A stretch of 36,406 bases of DNA from Snowella sp. (GCA_035285545.1 JAYKGY010000006.1:1-36406); one strand, 5' to 3'; positions 1 to 10,634 are shown, numbered from the stretch's first letter. Translations and numbers: made by a program. Notes: a model not told the origin generated them from the sequence alone.

Positions 1-110
1 TGGGAGTAGTGCAAAATAACATCTCCTTCGTTTTCGGCATAGGCGATCGCCTCGTTAGAGAGTTCAATTAACAGAGCGTCAACATCTTTGCTATAGCTAA
101 TTTTTTTCAT
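1..110 (-). CDS. DUF2283-family small protein, putative antitoxin partner of DUF4258; runs off the window edge
   Basis: Not in the ORF track. Manual translation from ATG at 110: MKKISYSKDVDALLIELSNEAIAYAENEGDVILHYS... The YxxxxDALxI pattern is typical of DUF2283. It overlaps the end of the upstream DUF4258 gene. Confidence 0.8.
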   Translation of the reverse strand, partial: MKKISYSKDVDALLIELSNEAIAYAENEGDVILHYS

Positions 111-357
111 ATCTAGACCTCTTACCAGGATAAAGGGTAATAATGAGAATAAAGGCGGTAAATTCTCGATAGACAACTCGAAGCACTAGTTTTTCATTTA
201 AGTATTTTTGAGCGATAAGTTTATTTTCTTCTCCTGTTTCTAGGACATCAGGAGAGCGGACAGTTTCAATAATAAAGTTAAGGTCTAGGGCGATTTCATG
301 GTTAGCTAGAATTTCTATTTTTTGTTTAGCGTGATCACTTAAACGAATTTCTTTCAT
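97..357 (-). CDS. DUF4258-family (RelE/BrnT-like) putative toxin
   Basis: 86 aa with N-terminal 'IRLSDHAK' and C-terminal 'LRVVY...ILIITLYP...RY'; coupled to the DUF2283 gene. Confidence 0.75.
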   Translation of the reverse strand: MKEIRLSDHAKQKIEILANHEIALDLNFIIETVRSPDVLETGEENKLIAQKYLNEKLVLRVVYREFTAFILIITLYPGKRSRYEKN

Positions 358-360
358 AAT

Positions 361-648
361 TCATTCTAGTTTTTGAATGTCAATATTTAAGGTTTGTGTT
401 TGCGATAACTCTGCTTTATCGTCATGATCTAAGGATTCGGCATATTCAGAAATTCCTATTTCGGCTAGTTCACGATCTTCGTTAGCAAATTCTTGATAAA
501 GGTGAGCAAATTGATTGAGATCGGGTTTAGGTTGGGATAGTTTTGATTGAAATTTAATAAAGGCAATAAAATCTGCAATTTGTTTAAGTTGTTGATCGTT
601 AAGACGCTCTAGTTCTTGTTTAAGGGTTTCTTTTGTGATAGTTTGCAT
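361..648 (-). CDS. DUF2281-like small antitoxin-type protein
   Basis: 95 aa with 'KETLKQELERLNDQQLKQIADFIAFIKF' helical motif; acidic C-terminus 'DRELAEIGISEYA'; AAGGA RBS upstream. Confidence 0.6.
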   Translation of the reverse strand: MQTITKETLKQELERLNDQQLKQIADFIAFIKFQSKLSQPKPDLNQFAHLYQEFANEDRELAEIGISEYAESLDHDDKAELSQTQTLNIDIQKLE

Positions 649-695
649 TAGATTTTTCCTTTTGAGTTTAACGGTTTTTAGGATTAAATGGGCTT

Positions 696-752
696 TTAGT
701 CTTCACCTAAAATCATGGCTTCAACTTCCTGTTTTGCTTGTTTTAATAATAG
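696..752 (-). pseudogene. 3' remnant of a probable restriction-modification specificity (HsdS-like / type IIG) gene
   Basis: Manual translation LLLKQAKQEVEAMILGED*, resembling the 'AKxEVExMILGE' C-terminus of R-M S-subunit proteins. No upstream body: in-frame stop near 780. Confidence 0.45.
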
Positions 753-787
753 AACCGAATGCAAGTTAGCGATCGCGTTCTAAATTT

Positions 788-1003
788 TTAAGTTGCGATC
801 GCGGTTTCTAGGGAAATTTTAAGGTTTGTGTTCGTGGAAATTGTATAGTTAAGTTTTTCAAAACCAATAACTTCGCCTTGTTGATTTTTCATTAAAATAA
901 CTTCGTCTCCTGTTTCTTCACAGAGATATTCTGAGGAGCGATCGCCAAACCAAACGGTTAGGGTATTCCCTATTGGATCATAATAAATATTTACTTTTGC
1001 TAT
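788..1003 (-). pseudogene. Second DUF2283-family protein with ATA at the expected start (lost ATG or non-canonical start)
   Basis: Manual translation (I/M)AKVNIYYDPIGNTLTVWFGDRSSEYLCEETGDEVILMKNQQGEVIGFEKLNY...AIAT*, 71 aa. Has DUF2283-type YDxxxxxL and GEVIGFE motifs; AAGAGA upstream. Confidence 0.7.
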
Positions 1004-1205
1004 AGAATTTCTCTTTTAATTAAGGAGATAATAATTGTCTTAGTTTATCCCTAATATCCTGCCCTCCATGAATTATACATAGTCTTAAATGTAAATCTTC
1101 TGGATATTTTGTAACATGAAAACCTCTTTTTTTCTTGGGAAATTGTTGTATATTACATTGCCACTCTTGCAAAATATCATTAACTTTATACATAACAGCC
1201 TGTCT

Positions 1206-1742
1206 CTATGGTTTCAGGGTAGCAGCACCAAATGTTGCGTTAAAGCGACGACACCAGATTGCCGCAGATTTGAAGTCATCTAAATTGAGGTTTGCTGGAA
1301 TAAGGTAACGCTGAGTCCCGCTATAACTTTTTAGCGGTGCCAACAGGACATAATCGCCTTCCTTGATGGGATAAGCCGGTGGGGTAGTAGACCCAATGAC
1401 ATCGGCTAAACGATGTAAAATCACAACTAGATCAGGGCCAGAAGTGGAAGTCGTAAAAGTTTGATCCAGTTCCAGAAGACGCTGGTTATTCTGCTCTATA
1501 ATCCGAACGCTTCCTTGGGTGGGATGCTCTCCATCAACAAATTTGCCGGAACGCAGCACCGATACCTGGGATGATTGAGCGGTTTGGGAAGAGGACGAAT
1601 TAGTAACAGGATCGTTGGACTTAGGACTTTCGCTCATGGCGTTCGATCCCGATTGCTGGGTTGCTATGCTGCTGGTACAGCCCAACAAGCTCACAATCAA
1701 ACTTAAACTGGCAACCAGTATAAAACAACGAGATTTCATCAT
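1206..1742 (-). CDS. DM13-domain lipoprotein
   Basis: Signal peptide with lipobox LLGC, Ser/Gln-rich linker, DM13 motifs 'GxF...EHPTQG', 'GPDLVVIL', 'IWCRRFNATFG'; AGGAG RBS. Confidence 0.85.
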   Translation of the reverse strand: MMKSRCFILVASLSLIVSLLGCTSSIATQQSGSNAMSESPKSNDPVTNSSSSQTAQSSQVSVLRSGKFVDGEHPTQGSVRIIEQNNQRLLELDQTFTTSTSGPDLVVILHRLADVIGSTTPPAYPIKEGDYVLLAPLKSYSGTQRYLIPANLNLDDFKSAAIWCRRFNATFGAATLKP

Positions 1743-1934
1743 TAATCTCCTGACATGAATGCTTTTGGGGATAAAGCGAAAAGCTGAACAATGGATAGGA
1801 TTAATTGTAATTCAAGAAAACCCTTTACCAGAGCGCAGGGTGAAATATCGTAATTCACAACGGAAATGATAATAATAGTAAGTATTCAACAGATCATTAG
1901 ACTCTCTCGACGGCATCAATCATCTAGCTAACGA

Positions 1935-3008
1935 ATGAAATTTAACCGCCCTTCGCCTCCATTGCCCCGTTGGTTATTTTTGGGAATGGCCTTACCCTTG
2001 CTGGTCTTAAATGGCTGGGCTTTAATACTGGTTTTAGATTATTTTCAATCTCCTATTCGCATCTTTATTATTGCTAATTTACTCGCCTTTATTTTGGGTT
2101 ATCCCGTAAGTTGGTTGCAGCGTTATCCTCGAATTCAACGTTTACAGGCGGTTATTATTGTTTTATCTATTGCCGTCCTTTTGATCAGTCTTTTAGCCCT
2201 ATTATTAATTCCTGTTCTAGCCGAGCAAATTAATCAATTATTACAAATTTTACCCCGTTGGGGAGAGTCTGGCAGTCAGCAATTACAGGTGTTGCAAAAT
2301 TGGTCAATAGAATGGAAGTTGCCAACCAATTTTAGTCAACTGGCTAATAAGTTATCGGATAAACTGCCAGAACAATTGCAATCTTTGATGCTTCAACTCA
2401 TTAATTTCATGCTGGGAACCGCCGGAGGATTATTTGAGACGGGTTTAACGTTAATTATTATGGTGTATTTATTGCTCAAAGGAGATAGCTTTTGGCATGG
2501 GATTTTTCAATGGTTTCCTCCGTCTTGGCGATCGCCGATTCGTCAGGGTTTACGCCGGAGTTTTCAAAACTACTATATTGGACAATTAACGGTCGCGACT
2601 TGGTTAGGTGTTAGTCTAATTTTGGCATTTCTGGTCTTTCAAATTCCCTTTGGTTTGTTGTTTGGGGTGATTATTGGTGTTATGGCTCTGTTTCCCTTTG
2701 GCGGGGGATTAAGCATTGTGATTATCAGTTTGATTGCCAGTTTAAATAGTTTTTGGTTAGGGTTTAAGGTCTTAGCGATCGCCACCCTCGTCGATCAGTT
2801 AATTGAAAACGCGATCGCGCCGAGATTACTGGGAAAATTTACAGGAGTTCATCCCGTTTGGGTCTTATTATCCTTAATCATTGGCGTAAAAATCGCAGGA
2901 TTTTTAGGAATTCTCATTGCCGTTCCTTGTACAGGATTTATTAAAGAAATGATTGACTATTACCAAACCCAAAAAGCCAAAACTTACGCTGAGTATTCCA
3001 AAATCTAA
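1935..3008 (+). CDS. AI-2E (PerM/UPF0118) family transporter
   Basis: 357 aa polytopic membrane protein with 'LAFILGYPVSWL', 'YYIGQ', 'PFGG', 'ENAIAPRLLGKFTGVHP', 'GILIAVP'. Confidence 0.88.
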   Translation: MKFNRPSPPLPRWLFLGMALPLLVLNGWALILVLDYFQSPIRIFIIANLLAFILGYPVSWLQRYPRIQRLQAVIIVLSIAVLLISLLALLLIPVLAEQINQLLQILPRWGESGSQQLQVLQNWSIEWKLPTNFSQLANKLSDKLPEQLQSLMLQLINFMLGTAGGLFETGLTLIIMVYLLLKGDSFWHGIFQWFPPSWRSPIRQGLRRSFQNYYIGQLTVATWLGVSLILAFLVFQIPFGLLFGVIIGVMALFPFGGGLSIVIISLIASLNSFWLGFKVLAIATLVDQLIENAIAPRLLGKFTGVHPVWVLLSLIIGVKIAGFLGILIAVPCTGFIKEMIDYYQTQKAKTYAEYSKI

Positions 3009-3241
3009 GCTAAGGAATCCCAATAGCGGTTAACTTGAGCATTTAGAAAAAAGCTATCCCCAAGGAAAATTCAAGCTGATGTCAATTATTGGCGGAACTG
3101 GGGGAAACCTGATCAATGTCAGTCATCTTGGGATCCGGGGCATCACCTACGCTGCTGAAATCGTGATGATTGACCCCATATTCCCAAAACCGTTGAATCC
3201 TTTAAGATAATAAGGAACTCTCTTCCCCATCTTCGTAGCTA

Positions 3242-4705
3242 ATGCGTTCTATTATTAATCCTCATGATTTCTTGATTTTGGCGGTGGATGATATCCCCAC
3301 GAATCTTAAGGTGTTGCGGGGAATTTTGGAACCGATTGGGTATGAGTTGACCTTTGCGATTAATGGACTCCAGACCTTAGAACGGGTTGAGCGCATCAAA
3401 CCCGATCTCATTTTGCTCGATTTAATGATGCCCGATATCGATGGGTTACAAGTTTGTGAGCGATTGTATCAAAATCCCCTTTATCAAGATATTCCCATCA
3501 TTTTTCTGACGGCAAGTCAGGAACAACACCATTTAGTTCGTGCCTTTGAGCTAGGGGCGGTTGATTACATTATTAAGCCATTCCAAAAGTTTGAGTTATT
3601 GGCCCGCATCAAAACCCATTTAGAGTTAAAGCAATATCGCGATCGCCTTAAGCGGCAAGTGACCCAAGAGCGATTAATGAAAGAGATTACGAGCAATATT
3701 CTCAGCTATAGCGATCTACAGGATATTTTAGACTACACCGTGAAAGGAATTCGTGACCTCCTGGAAGCGGATCGGGTCGCCATTTGTCGTTCTTTGCAAC
3801 CAGAAGCAACTGTCATTATTGCTGAATCCATTCGAGAGGGATTCCCGTCGCGTCTGGGAGAAATTTTGATCAATGGGCAGTGGTTGAAGGAAAATAATGC
3901 GCTCTCTATCCATACGGCGGATCATTGTCTGCAACTGATTGAAGATGTCAATAAAAGTACCCTAACCCCCTTGCAATCCGATTATTTTGCCCATTGGAAA
4001 GTGAAATCGGAGGCGGTTTTACCGTTGAGTCATCTGGATAAGCTCTGGGGCTTAATGATTGTCGATTATTGTCAATATCCCCACCATTGGCGAGAAGAAG
4101 AACTCAATCCCCTCATTCAATTAACCCAGCAAACGGCGATCGCCATCCACCAGTCGGAACTGTACCAAGAACTCCAACAGGCCAATCAAGAGTTGGAAAA
4201 ACTGGTTAATCTCGATAGCCTGACGCAAATCGCCAACCGCCGTCAATTTGATCAATCTATCAGTAAGGAGTGGCAACGCTTAAAACGCAAGAACTTACCG
4301 ATTTCGCTGATTTTGTGCGATGTGGATCATTTCAAAAAATATAACGATCACTATGGTCATCAAGCTGGGGATAGTTGCCTAAGACAAATTGCCCAGGCGA
4401 TCGCGGGAGTGGTGAAGCGTTCTTCTGATTTAGTCGCTCGGTATGGGGGAGAAGAATTTGTGGTGCTCTTGCCAGCAACCGGAATGGAAGGAGCCGTTCA
4501 CATTGCCGAACAGGTTCAACAGGCAGTCTCTGCCTTAAAAATTCCCCATGCCTACGGCGTTGCCGAATGGATTACGGTCAGTATGGGGATCAGTTGCCAA
4601 ATTCCCGCGATCGATACAACCTTCGAGCAACTCATTACCCAAAGTGATAAAGCCCTGTACCAAGCCAAGGCCAATGGGCGGAATCAGTTTTCGGCCATCG
4701 TATAA
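3242..4705 (+). CDS. Response-regulator diguanylate cyclase (REC-GAF-GGDEF)
   Basis: REC (DD...DLILLDLMMP...FLTA...DYIIKP), GAF (DRV...WGLM), GGDEF domain with intact RYGGEEF and an RxxD I-site (RSSD). Confidence 0.92.
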   Translation: MRSIINPHDFLILAVDDIPTNLKVLRGILEPIGYELTFAINGLQTLERVERIKPDLILLDLMMPDIDGLQVCERLYQNPLYQDIPIIFLTASQEQHHLVRAFELGAVDYIIKPFQKFELLARIKTHLELKQYRDRLKRQVTQERLMKEITSNILSYSDLQDILDYTVKGIRDLLEADRVAICRSLQPEATVIIAESIREGFPSRLGEILINGQWLKENNALSIHTADHCLQLIEDVNKSTLTPLQSDYFAHWKVKSEAVLPLSHLDKLWGLMIVDYCQYPHHWREEELNPLIQLTQQTAIAIHQSELYQELQQANQELEKLVNLDSLTQIANRRQFDQSISKEWQRLKRKNLPISLILCDVDHFKKYNDHYGHQAGDSCLRQIAQAIAGVVKRSSDLVARYGGEEFVVLLPATGMEGAVHIAEQVQQAVSALKIPHAYGVAEWITVSMGISCQIPAIDTTFEQLITQSDKALYQAKANGRNQFSAIV

Positions 4706-4716
4706 TCCCTCAATTC

Positions 4717-7230
4717 CTATATGCCCTCTTTCTCTTTCAAGGTGTCTAAGAGCGTGGGATATTGCTTTAAGGTACGGGATAGGGCGACTAAATCAATTTC
4801 TGATAAAAAATATTCGAGTTGATTGGCATAATCCACCAATAATTGACAGCAATACTCGTTGCCTAATTCTTTTAGATCCTGCGTAAAATGGTTAATATCT
4901 CGATCTTTCATCGTTACCAATAAAGGTTCCCAGCGAGAGGCTTGATAAGCCGTTAATTTGGTTAACAAGGGCTGTAAATTGGCGATCGCTTCGGGATCGG
5001 TCTGAGAGGGATTATTTTGCTTGTCGGGAAAAGAGTTCGCATCGAAAGCGTCTGAAGTCGTCTGGACAGGAAAAATGGTTTTCATGACCGTAAAAATATC
5101 CTGAGTATTAATCGGTTTTAATAAAATGCCTTGGCAGTAGGTTTGTAAAAGATGAATGTTCTCAGGATAGGTGGTCGTTAAAATAATGATCGCAATGTCT
5201 TGGGTTAAGGGATTTTGTTTTAAGCGTTCTAAAATTTGCCAACCATCGAGATCGGGCATGAATAAATCTAACAGGATTAAATCGGGTTGAAAGGTATGGA
5301 TCAGCGCGATCGCCTCCCCGCCTTCTGTCGTAGTCACAATATGATGATGCGTGTTAATAAAATAATCCTTGAGTAATTGGCAATTAACAAGGGAATCATC
5401 CACGATTAAAATACTCAGGGGCGAAAATTGATTTAAATTCGCAGAAAAATCCGTTGGGAATAGGGCAGGATGGGGGTGAGAAAGAACTTCCACATCATAA
5501 AAAATGAACCGAAAACAACTCCCTTGATTGAGTTCACTGTTGAGTTGAATTGACCCGCCTAAAATTTCCGTTAAGCGTTTCGTAATCGCTAACCCTAGAC
5601 CAGTTCCGCCGTATTGACGGGTGCGACTCCCATCAATTTGTTGAAAGGGTTGAAAAATGAGATTTTGCTTGCTTTTTTCAATGCCAATTCCCGTATCTTC
5701 TACTATTAAAAATAAATTGGCTTTCTGAGGAGTGATCAATTCCGCTTCTAGAGTAACCTTGACATAGCCTTCAGCCGTAAATTTAATCGCATTGCCAATG
5801 ACATTAAATAAAATTTGTCGTAATCTTACTTCGTCAAATTGAATGATTCTAGGGACATTTTCGGCCACCTGGGTGATCAGGGTTAAGGATTTGTCTTGAA
5901 GATTGTAGGAAAAGATTTTTTCCATATCATCAATGACGTTTGGCAGATCCATCGGCTCGTAATGGGCTTGTAATTTTCCCGCTTCAATTTTAGAGAGATC
6001 GAGAATATCGTTAATTAACGCTAATAAGGTTTTGCCGCTACTTTGAATCGCTTCTAAATAGGTTTTGGCTTTAGGTTCTGTGAGGGATCGGTCTAACAAT
6101 TCAGAAAATCCGAGAACGGCATTTAAAGGAGTCCGAATTTCATGGCTCATATTGGCCAAAAATTCACTCTTTGCCTGGTTTGCATCCTCAGCCATTTGCT
6201 TGGCATCTTGCAAAATTAAGTTTTGAGCCGTTAATTGAACTTGGCTTTGTTCTAATTCCTGGGATTTGATTTCTAATTCCGTTTGCGATCGCTGGAGTTT
6301 GCGGAGGGTTTCCTGTCTTTCGAGGAGAGCCGCATTTAAAATTAAGGTCGTAATGACTGTTACGGAGATAAAACATTGTAGCTCCAATAAAGACCGATTT
6401 AAATCATTGCCTGCAAAGATCCCGAACCCCTTCACCGTACTGACCACCGCGATCGAAGCAATCACCACAATTAACGTCGTCGCGCCCAATTGCCGAAAGC
6501 GAAAACAAGCCCAAATCAAGCAGGGCATAAAGAGGTAAGCAATTAAAGCTTTATGCTCAAAAACCTGACTACTAATGGCTAAGACTAACGTTAATAAAAG
6601 ACTGGATTCTAAAATCGGCCAAATTCGCCCTTTTGAAAATTTATATCGAGATTTTTGGCGTAAAAATTGTCCCCAACTAAATAGGGCGGGCGTAAAAATC
6701 AAAATACCGGCCACGTTAGAAATCCACCAGGTTAACCACACGGGAGCATAAATGGCCCAGGGAACGGTTCCGCCTAAAGCCAAAGCCCCAACACCAACCG
6801 TTGCATTAACTAACGGCCCCGTTAAGGCCCCATAGCCCAAAAACCCAAGCAGAGAGGATAAACGCTCGAAGGGATTTCCCTGGGGAATTTGTCGCCGTAG
6901 TAAATAAACGCCTAACCAGGTACCGGCGGTGGTGCCGATCGCAATACCTGCGACTTGTAATACGGAATTCAGAATATAAAAATGATTACCCGCTTTTAAA
7001 AAAGCCCCAATATTGGAGAGAAAAGAACCGATAAAGACACCAGGTAAAACCCAATTACCCAAAAGCAGTACCGAAGCGGAGGCTAAACCATCGGGAGGCC
7101 AGACCGGCGTTACCGATTGCGGCGTGGAGGCTAATCGTCGAGAAATTTCTGCCAGACCCAAATAGCCCAACGCAATGATCCCAATGGTAAGAACTTGGAA
7201 ATTTCTATTCTTCGGTCGCCAAAAATTCAT
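4717..7230 (-). CDS. MASE1-domain hybrid sensor histidine kinase (MASE1-HisKA-HATPase-REC)
   Basis: MASE1 'PVWPPDG' with many TM helices; H-box [16 protein letters not shown] boxes NAIKFT, DTGIGI, GGTGLGL; C-terminal REC ([10 protein letters not shown]) and a helical tail. Confidence 0.92.
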   Translation of the reverse strand: MNFWRPKNRNFQVLTIGIIALGYLGLAEISRRLASTPQSVTPVWPPDGLASASVLLLGNWVLPGVFIGSFLSNIGAFLKAGNHFYILNSVLQVAGIAIGTTAGTWLGVYLLRRQIPQGNPFERLSSLLGFLGYGALTGPLVNATVGVGALALGGTVPWAIYAPVWLTWWISNVAGILIFTPALFSWGQFLRQKSRYKFSKGRIWPILESSLLLTLVLAISSQVFEHKALIAYLFMPCLIWACFRFRQLGATTLIVVIASIAVVSTVKGFGIFAGNDLNRSLLELQCFISVTVITTLILNAALLERQETLRKLQRSQTELEIKSQELEQSQVQLTAQNLILQDAKQMAEDANQAKSEFLANMSHEIRTPLNAVLGFSELLDRSLTEPKAKTYLEAIQSSGKTLLALINDILDLSKIEAGKLQAHYEPMDLPNVIDDMEKIFSYNLQDKSLTLITQVAENVPRIIQFDEVRLRQILFNVIGNAIKFTAEGYVKVTLEAELITPQKANLFLIVEDTGIGIEKSKQNLIFQPFQQIDGSRTRQYGGTGLGLAITKRLTEILGGSIQLNSELNQGSCFRFIFYDVEVLSHPHPALFPTDFSANLNQFSPLSILIVDDSLVNCQLLKDYFINTHHHIVTTTEGGEAIALIHTFQPDLILLDLFMPDLDGWQILERLKQNPLTQDIAIIILTTTYPENIHLLQTYCQGILLKPINTQDIFTVMKTIFPVQTTSDAFDANSFPDKQNNPSQTDPEAIANLQPLLTKLTAYQASRWEPLLVTMKDRDINHFTQDLKELGNEYCCQLLVDYANQLEYFLSEIDLVALSRTLKQYPTLLDTLKEKEGI

Positions 7231-7398
7231 AGAGTTGGGGAACAGATTAAACCATATTTTATCGCCGATGAGATGTTTTGAAAGTGTAATTTTGTCTTAA
7301 AAGTTAATCCCAGTTAATTTTAGTTAATTTCTCTGCTTATTCACGAATAATTAACGATTATTTAGGAAGAATAAGGGACTGAGCGAATCTTTTCTGTT

Positions 7399-8781
7399 TT
7401 ATTGCCCCCCATACCAACGTAATAAGACCCGTGCGAGACGATGCGGATCATGACGCACTTTATTGGTGGTTTCATTTTCATCCATCACATTGGCGATCAC
7501 AATGCGACACCCCATACTGGCAACGGTTTCTCGGTCTAAAAAGACGGGATGGCAATTTTCGGCGGCGTAGCGTTTCAAGGATTGGGGAGACGGGGGAGTC
7601 CGTTGCACTAGAACGGCATCAAAGAGGCGATATTCGGAAATTTGATCGATCGCGTTTAAGTGATCCGACACCGTGTAACCATCGGTTTCCCCTGGTTGGG
7701 TCATGATATTGCACACATAAATGCGGGGAACATCGGCTCCGGCGATCGCGGCTCGGATATCGGGCACTAACAAATTGGGAATGACGCTGGTGTAAAGACT
7801 GCCTGGCCCAATGACGATATACTCTGCTTCCTCAATAGCACGAATCGCGGCGGGTAAGGCGTTAGGATTTTCGGGATAGCAGCCGATTTCTTCGATTTGG
7901 CCACCGGCTTCGGTAATATTCGATTCCCCCTGTATCAAACGACCATCTTTTAATCTGGCCCAGAGATTCACATCGGTTAAGGTCGCAGGGAGGACTTTAC
8001 CTCGGATCGCTAATACTTTAGAACTGGCGGCGATCGCTTGCTCCAAATCCCCTGTAATCTCGGTCATCGCCGTTAAAAATAAATTGCCAAAACTATGACC
8101 GACTAACCCTCCACCCGCTTCAAATCGATATTGAAATAATTCCGTTAATAACTTTTCCTCATCTGCCAAGGCCGAAATACAGTTTCGGATATCGCCTGGG
8201 GGTAATACCCCAATTTCCCGCCGCAATCGACCGGAAGATCCCCCATCATCCGCCACTGTCACAATGGCAGTAATATTCGCGCTATATTGCTTTAATCCTC
8301 TTAATAGGGTCGAAAGTCCTGTGCCTCCCCCCACCACCACAATTTTAGGCCCCCGATTTAAACGACGGTGCGCGAGTAAAACATCGACTAATTCTTCCTT
8401 ATTGCCATCCGGTTGTAAAACTTCTGTGATCGAATTAACCGTTCGACTTTGGCCCCAAAGCACAAAAAATAAGCCACAAAAAAAGAGGACAGGCCCTGAA
8501 ATATAGCTGGGAAAGACCTGCGTGAGTTTCTCAATGGTTTGGGAAACAAATTCGCCCAGACGGTAAATGGGGGTTAACTTTACCCAAATGGCTAACCCTA
8601 ATATCAGAAAGCTAATGCCCAGGGAGCTAATCAGTAACCAACGTTTGACAAATAGCCCTGGGACTAACCATTTAAACCATCGATTGACCCGCTTTGGGGT
8701 ATGCTGGCTCACCGTTACGCCCCATTTGCGCTTCTCAGCATTGAGCTTGCGTAAAGCAGATTTAAAAGGGCCTGTAGACAT
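7399..8781 (-). CDS. YvcK/GlmR (UPF0052, gluconeogenesis factor) family protein with N-terminal membrane anchor
   Basis: [49 protein letters not shown] and RHD motifs. Confidence 0.92.
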   Translation of the reverse strand: MSTGPFKSALRKLNAEKRKWGVTVSQHTPKRVNRWFKWLVPGLFVKRWLLISSLGISFLILGLAIWVKLTPIYRLGEFVSQTIEKLTQVFPSYISGPVLFFCGLFFVLWGQSRTVNSITEVLQPDGNKEELVDVLLAHRRLNRGPKIVVVGGGTGLSTLLRGLKQYSANITAIVTVADDGGSSGRLRREIGVLPPGDIRNCISALADEEKLLTELFQYRFEAGGGLVGHSFGNLFLTAMTEITGDLEQAIAASSKVLAIRGKVLPATLTDVNLWARLKDGRLIQGESNITEAGGQIEEIGCYPENPNALPAAIRAIEEAEYIVIGPGSLYTSVIPNLLVPDIRAAIAGADVPRIYVCNIMTQPGETDGYTVSDHLNAIDQISEYRLFDAVLVQRTPPSPQSLKRYAAENCHPVFLDRETVASMGCRIVIANVMDENETTNKVRHDPHRLARVLLRWYGGQ

Positions 8782-8878
8782 AACCAGTGAGGATTCAAAG
8801 TAAAGAGCAAATCGTTTTCAGTTTAAACTAACTTTGCAATGGGGAGTTACCTCATCAGCGAAATTGATCAATTCTCGT

Positions 8879-8917
8879 CTAACCCACTAACCCACTAACC
8901 CACTAATCCACTAACCC
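8879..8917. repeat. Tandem 8-mer repeat (CTAACCCA)x5, cyanobacterial short tandem repeat
   Basis: ctaaccca ctaaccca ctaaccca ctaatcca ctaaccc, abutting a HIP1 site at 8918. Confidence 0.9.
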
Positions 8918-8931
8918 GCGATCGCGCATCA

Positions 8932-8971
8932 TAAAAAGTGTCCCCCCACCCCAATTCGGTAAGAGGACACT
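8932..8971 (-). terminator. Rho-independent terminator of the hemerythrin gene
   Basis: Minus strand AGTGTCCTCTTACC-GAATTGG-GGTGGGGGGACACT followed by TTTT; 14-bp stem with G-U pairs. Confidence 0.75.
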
Positions 8972-9013
8972 ACCACAACGCTAAAGGTAGATTATGAAAT
9001 CCCTATCAATTGA

Positions 9014-10057
9014 TTATTGAATCGACCGAGCCATTTCGCTTTGGAGTTGCCGCTTCGCTTCTTTGAATCGGGTTGCCAATTGTTCACTTTCGTCACTGGA
9101 ACAGTTATTACGGATAGCGGCAAACATCGTGCTTTCTTCCTGACGGATGTGATCCTGGGTAACATCTGCCAAATCTTGGAGAATGGACTTAAATTCCGAA
9201 GAAGTCGGGCTTGAGGATTTTAACTGTTCGAGCAGTTGCTTTTGTTCAGCCTGTTCATCGTAGAGTTCCTGGGTATTTTCCTCTCCATAGAAAGAACGAA
9301 CGGTGGGATAAACAACCTGTTCTTCCGCTTCTGCATGAACCAATAGATCCATATAGAGTTGTCCAAAATATTCCTGGATTTTTTGAGAATCATTGGACTG
9401 CATAATATTGTTGATCAACATATTGGTTTTGTTGTGATCCATCCGTAGAATATCTTGGATATTCATATCCGATTTGTCGGAACCTTGGGTGACCGCGCTA
9501 CCAAAAACACCGGTTAATGCGGCTAAGGCATCCTGTACCCGTCCCCAAACCCCCTGATCGGGATCTTGACCCGTCAATTCGCGGGTTCCTAAAACTTCTA
9601 AGACCCCTTTGAGTTGTTCTTGATGGGCACGGTTTTCAAAATTAACCGTATTTAAAGGCGTAACCGCCGCTTCCACATCCGAACCGACGATTTGACCGGC
9701 TTTGTGAATTAATAGGCCAGACATGACTTGACCATGTTTCAGTAATTCGTGTTGAGCCACTTTTTCGTAAAAGCTGAGATCAGAACTGTGCATCAATTCC
9801 CGCACTTTGTCTGTCATCTCGATAACGGTTGAACGGGGTTCGGATTGAATCCCATATTGAACAATAACGGTTTCCAAGATACCGAGATTTTTTCGGTCAT
9901 CTTCTAACATTTTTTGAAAGCGATCGCGGATATCCCGATCATTGCTTTGCTGAAGAAATTCCTGCTCGTTTGTAATTAAGAGATCTTGAACCGCTTTCAT
10001 ATCGGCTAGCTTTTCTGCCGTTGCCAATCGTTTTTCATTGGTTAATGTAGACACCAT
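9014..10057 (-). CDS. Hemerythrin/HHE cation-binding domain protein (cyanobacterial 'DNA nickase' type) with ferritin-like N-terminal half
   Basis: C-terminal hemerythrin motifs 'DILRMDH', 'HAEAEEQVVYP', 'HIRQEESTMF'; N-terminal four-helix segment with HELLKH and ENRAHQEQL; GGGAG RBS. Confidence 0.85.
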   Translation of the reverse strand: MVSTLTNEKRLATAEKLADMKAVQDLLITNEQEFLQQSNDRDIRDRFQKMLEDDRKNLGILETVIVQYGIQSEPRSTVIEMTDKVRELMHSSDLSFYEKVAQHELLKHGQVMSGLLIHKAGQIVGSDVEAAVTPLNTVNFENRAHQEQLKGVLEVLGTRELTGQDPDQGVWGRVQDALAALTGVFGSAVTQGSDKSDMNIQDILRMDHNKTNMLINNIMQSNDSQKIQEYFGQLYMDLLVHAEAEEQVVYPTVRSFYGEENTQELYDEQAEQKQLLEQLKSSSPTSSEFKSILQDLADVTQDHIRQEESTMFAAIRNNCSSDESEQLATRFKEAKRQLQSEMARSIQ

Positions 10058-10152
10058 AAAAAATGTTCTCCCTCTTGATTCTAGATGTTGATTTTTATGA
10101 ACTTATTAAAGTGTTTGTAAAACTAACATGACATAAAAAAGCCCCTAGCTTC

Positions 10153-10169
10153 ATCTACTTTTTGATAGG
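10153..10169. promoter_or_regulatory. Putative shared regulator site, copy 1 (ATCTACTTTTTGATAGG), upstream of the hemerythrin gene
   Basis: Similar 17-mers at 10698, 11054 and 11077; lies upstream of a TGnTAGTTT extended -10 on the minus strand. Confidence 0.35.
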
Positions 10170-10343
10170 ACTTGATAAGATCGCTCTTGCTTCTGGGGGA
10201 AGAATTATTTGACCTTCTTTTAAAAAGACTCTTATCATAAAAAATGGCAAGCCTTGAGCTTGCAGGTTAATTTTATCTGTTTTTCAGAAAGTGTTAATCC
10301 TTATTTGTCCAATCATCAAAAGCGATCATTCATTAATAGGGTT

Positions 10344-10634
10344 TTAACGAATATTGGGATCTCTATAGGTGCTGCTATGCTCTTGGCGATTTTTGCCGGT
10401 TAATCCTGCTAAGCCTGCTAAACCAATTAATCCTAGCCAGCCCCAATCAAATCCATCATCCCGATAGCCATAGGCAGTGGTTCCCGTTCCGGTGTTAGGA
10501 ATCGTCGTGGTGCCCGTATTATTGGGGATGTCTGTGCCAGTTTGAGCAGAAGCGGGAACGACGGAAATTAAATTCGCTAAACTAAAAGCAGCGATTCCAG
10601 CCCCTGCAATTTGGGAATATTTAGAAAGTTTCAT
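10344..10634 (-). CDS. WGxxGxxG-CTERM family secreted/membrane-anchored small protein
   Basis: Signal peptide ending PASAQ, Thr/Gly-rich linker, 'DWGWLGLIGLAGLAGL' followed by basic residues. The second ATG (10634) fits the AGGA spacing better than 10643. Confidence 0.88.
   Translation of the reverse strand: MKLSKYSQIAGAGIAAFSLANLISVVPASAQTGTDIPNNTGTTTIPNTGTGTTAYGYRDDGFDWGWLGLIGLAGLAGLTGKNRQEHSSTYRDPNIR

Noticed and set aside
3009..3241. Possible c-di-AMP (ydaO) or c-di-GMP riboswitch upstream of the diguanylate cyclase (GGAACTGGGGGAAACC)
   Set aside because: Only a short partial resemblance; the downstream conserved elements are missing. An Infernal scan would settle it.
8879..8917. CRISPR array or telomere-like repeat
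   Set aside because: Contiguous 8-mers without spacers; an ordinary cyanobacterial short tandem repeat. No CRISPR array or cas gene is seen in the window.
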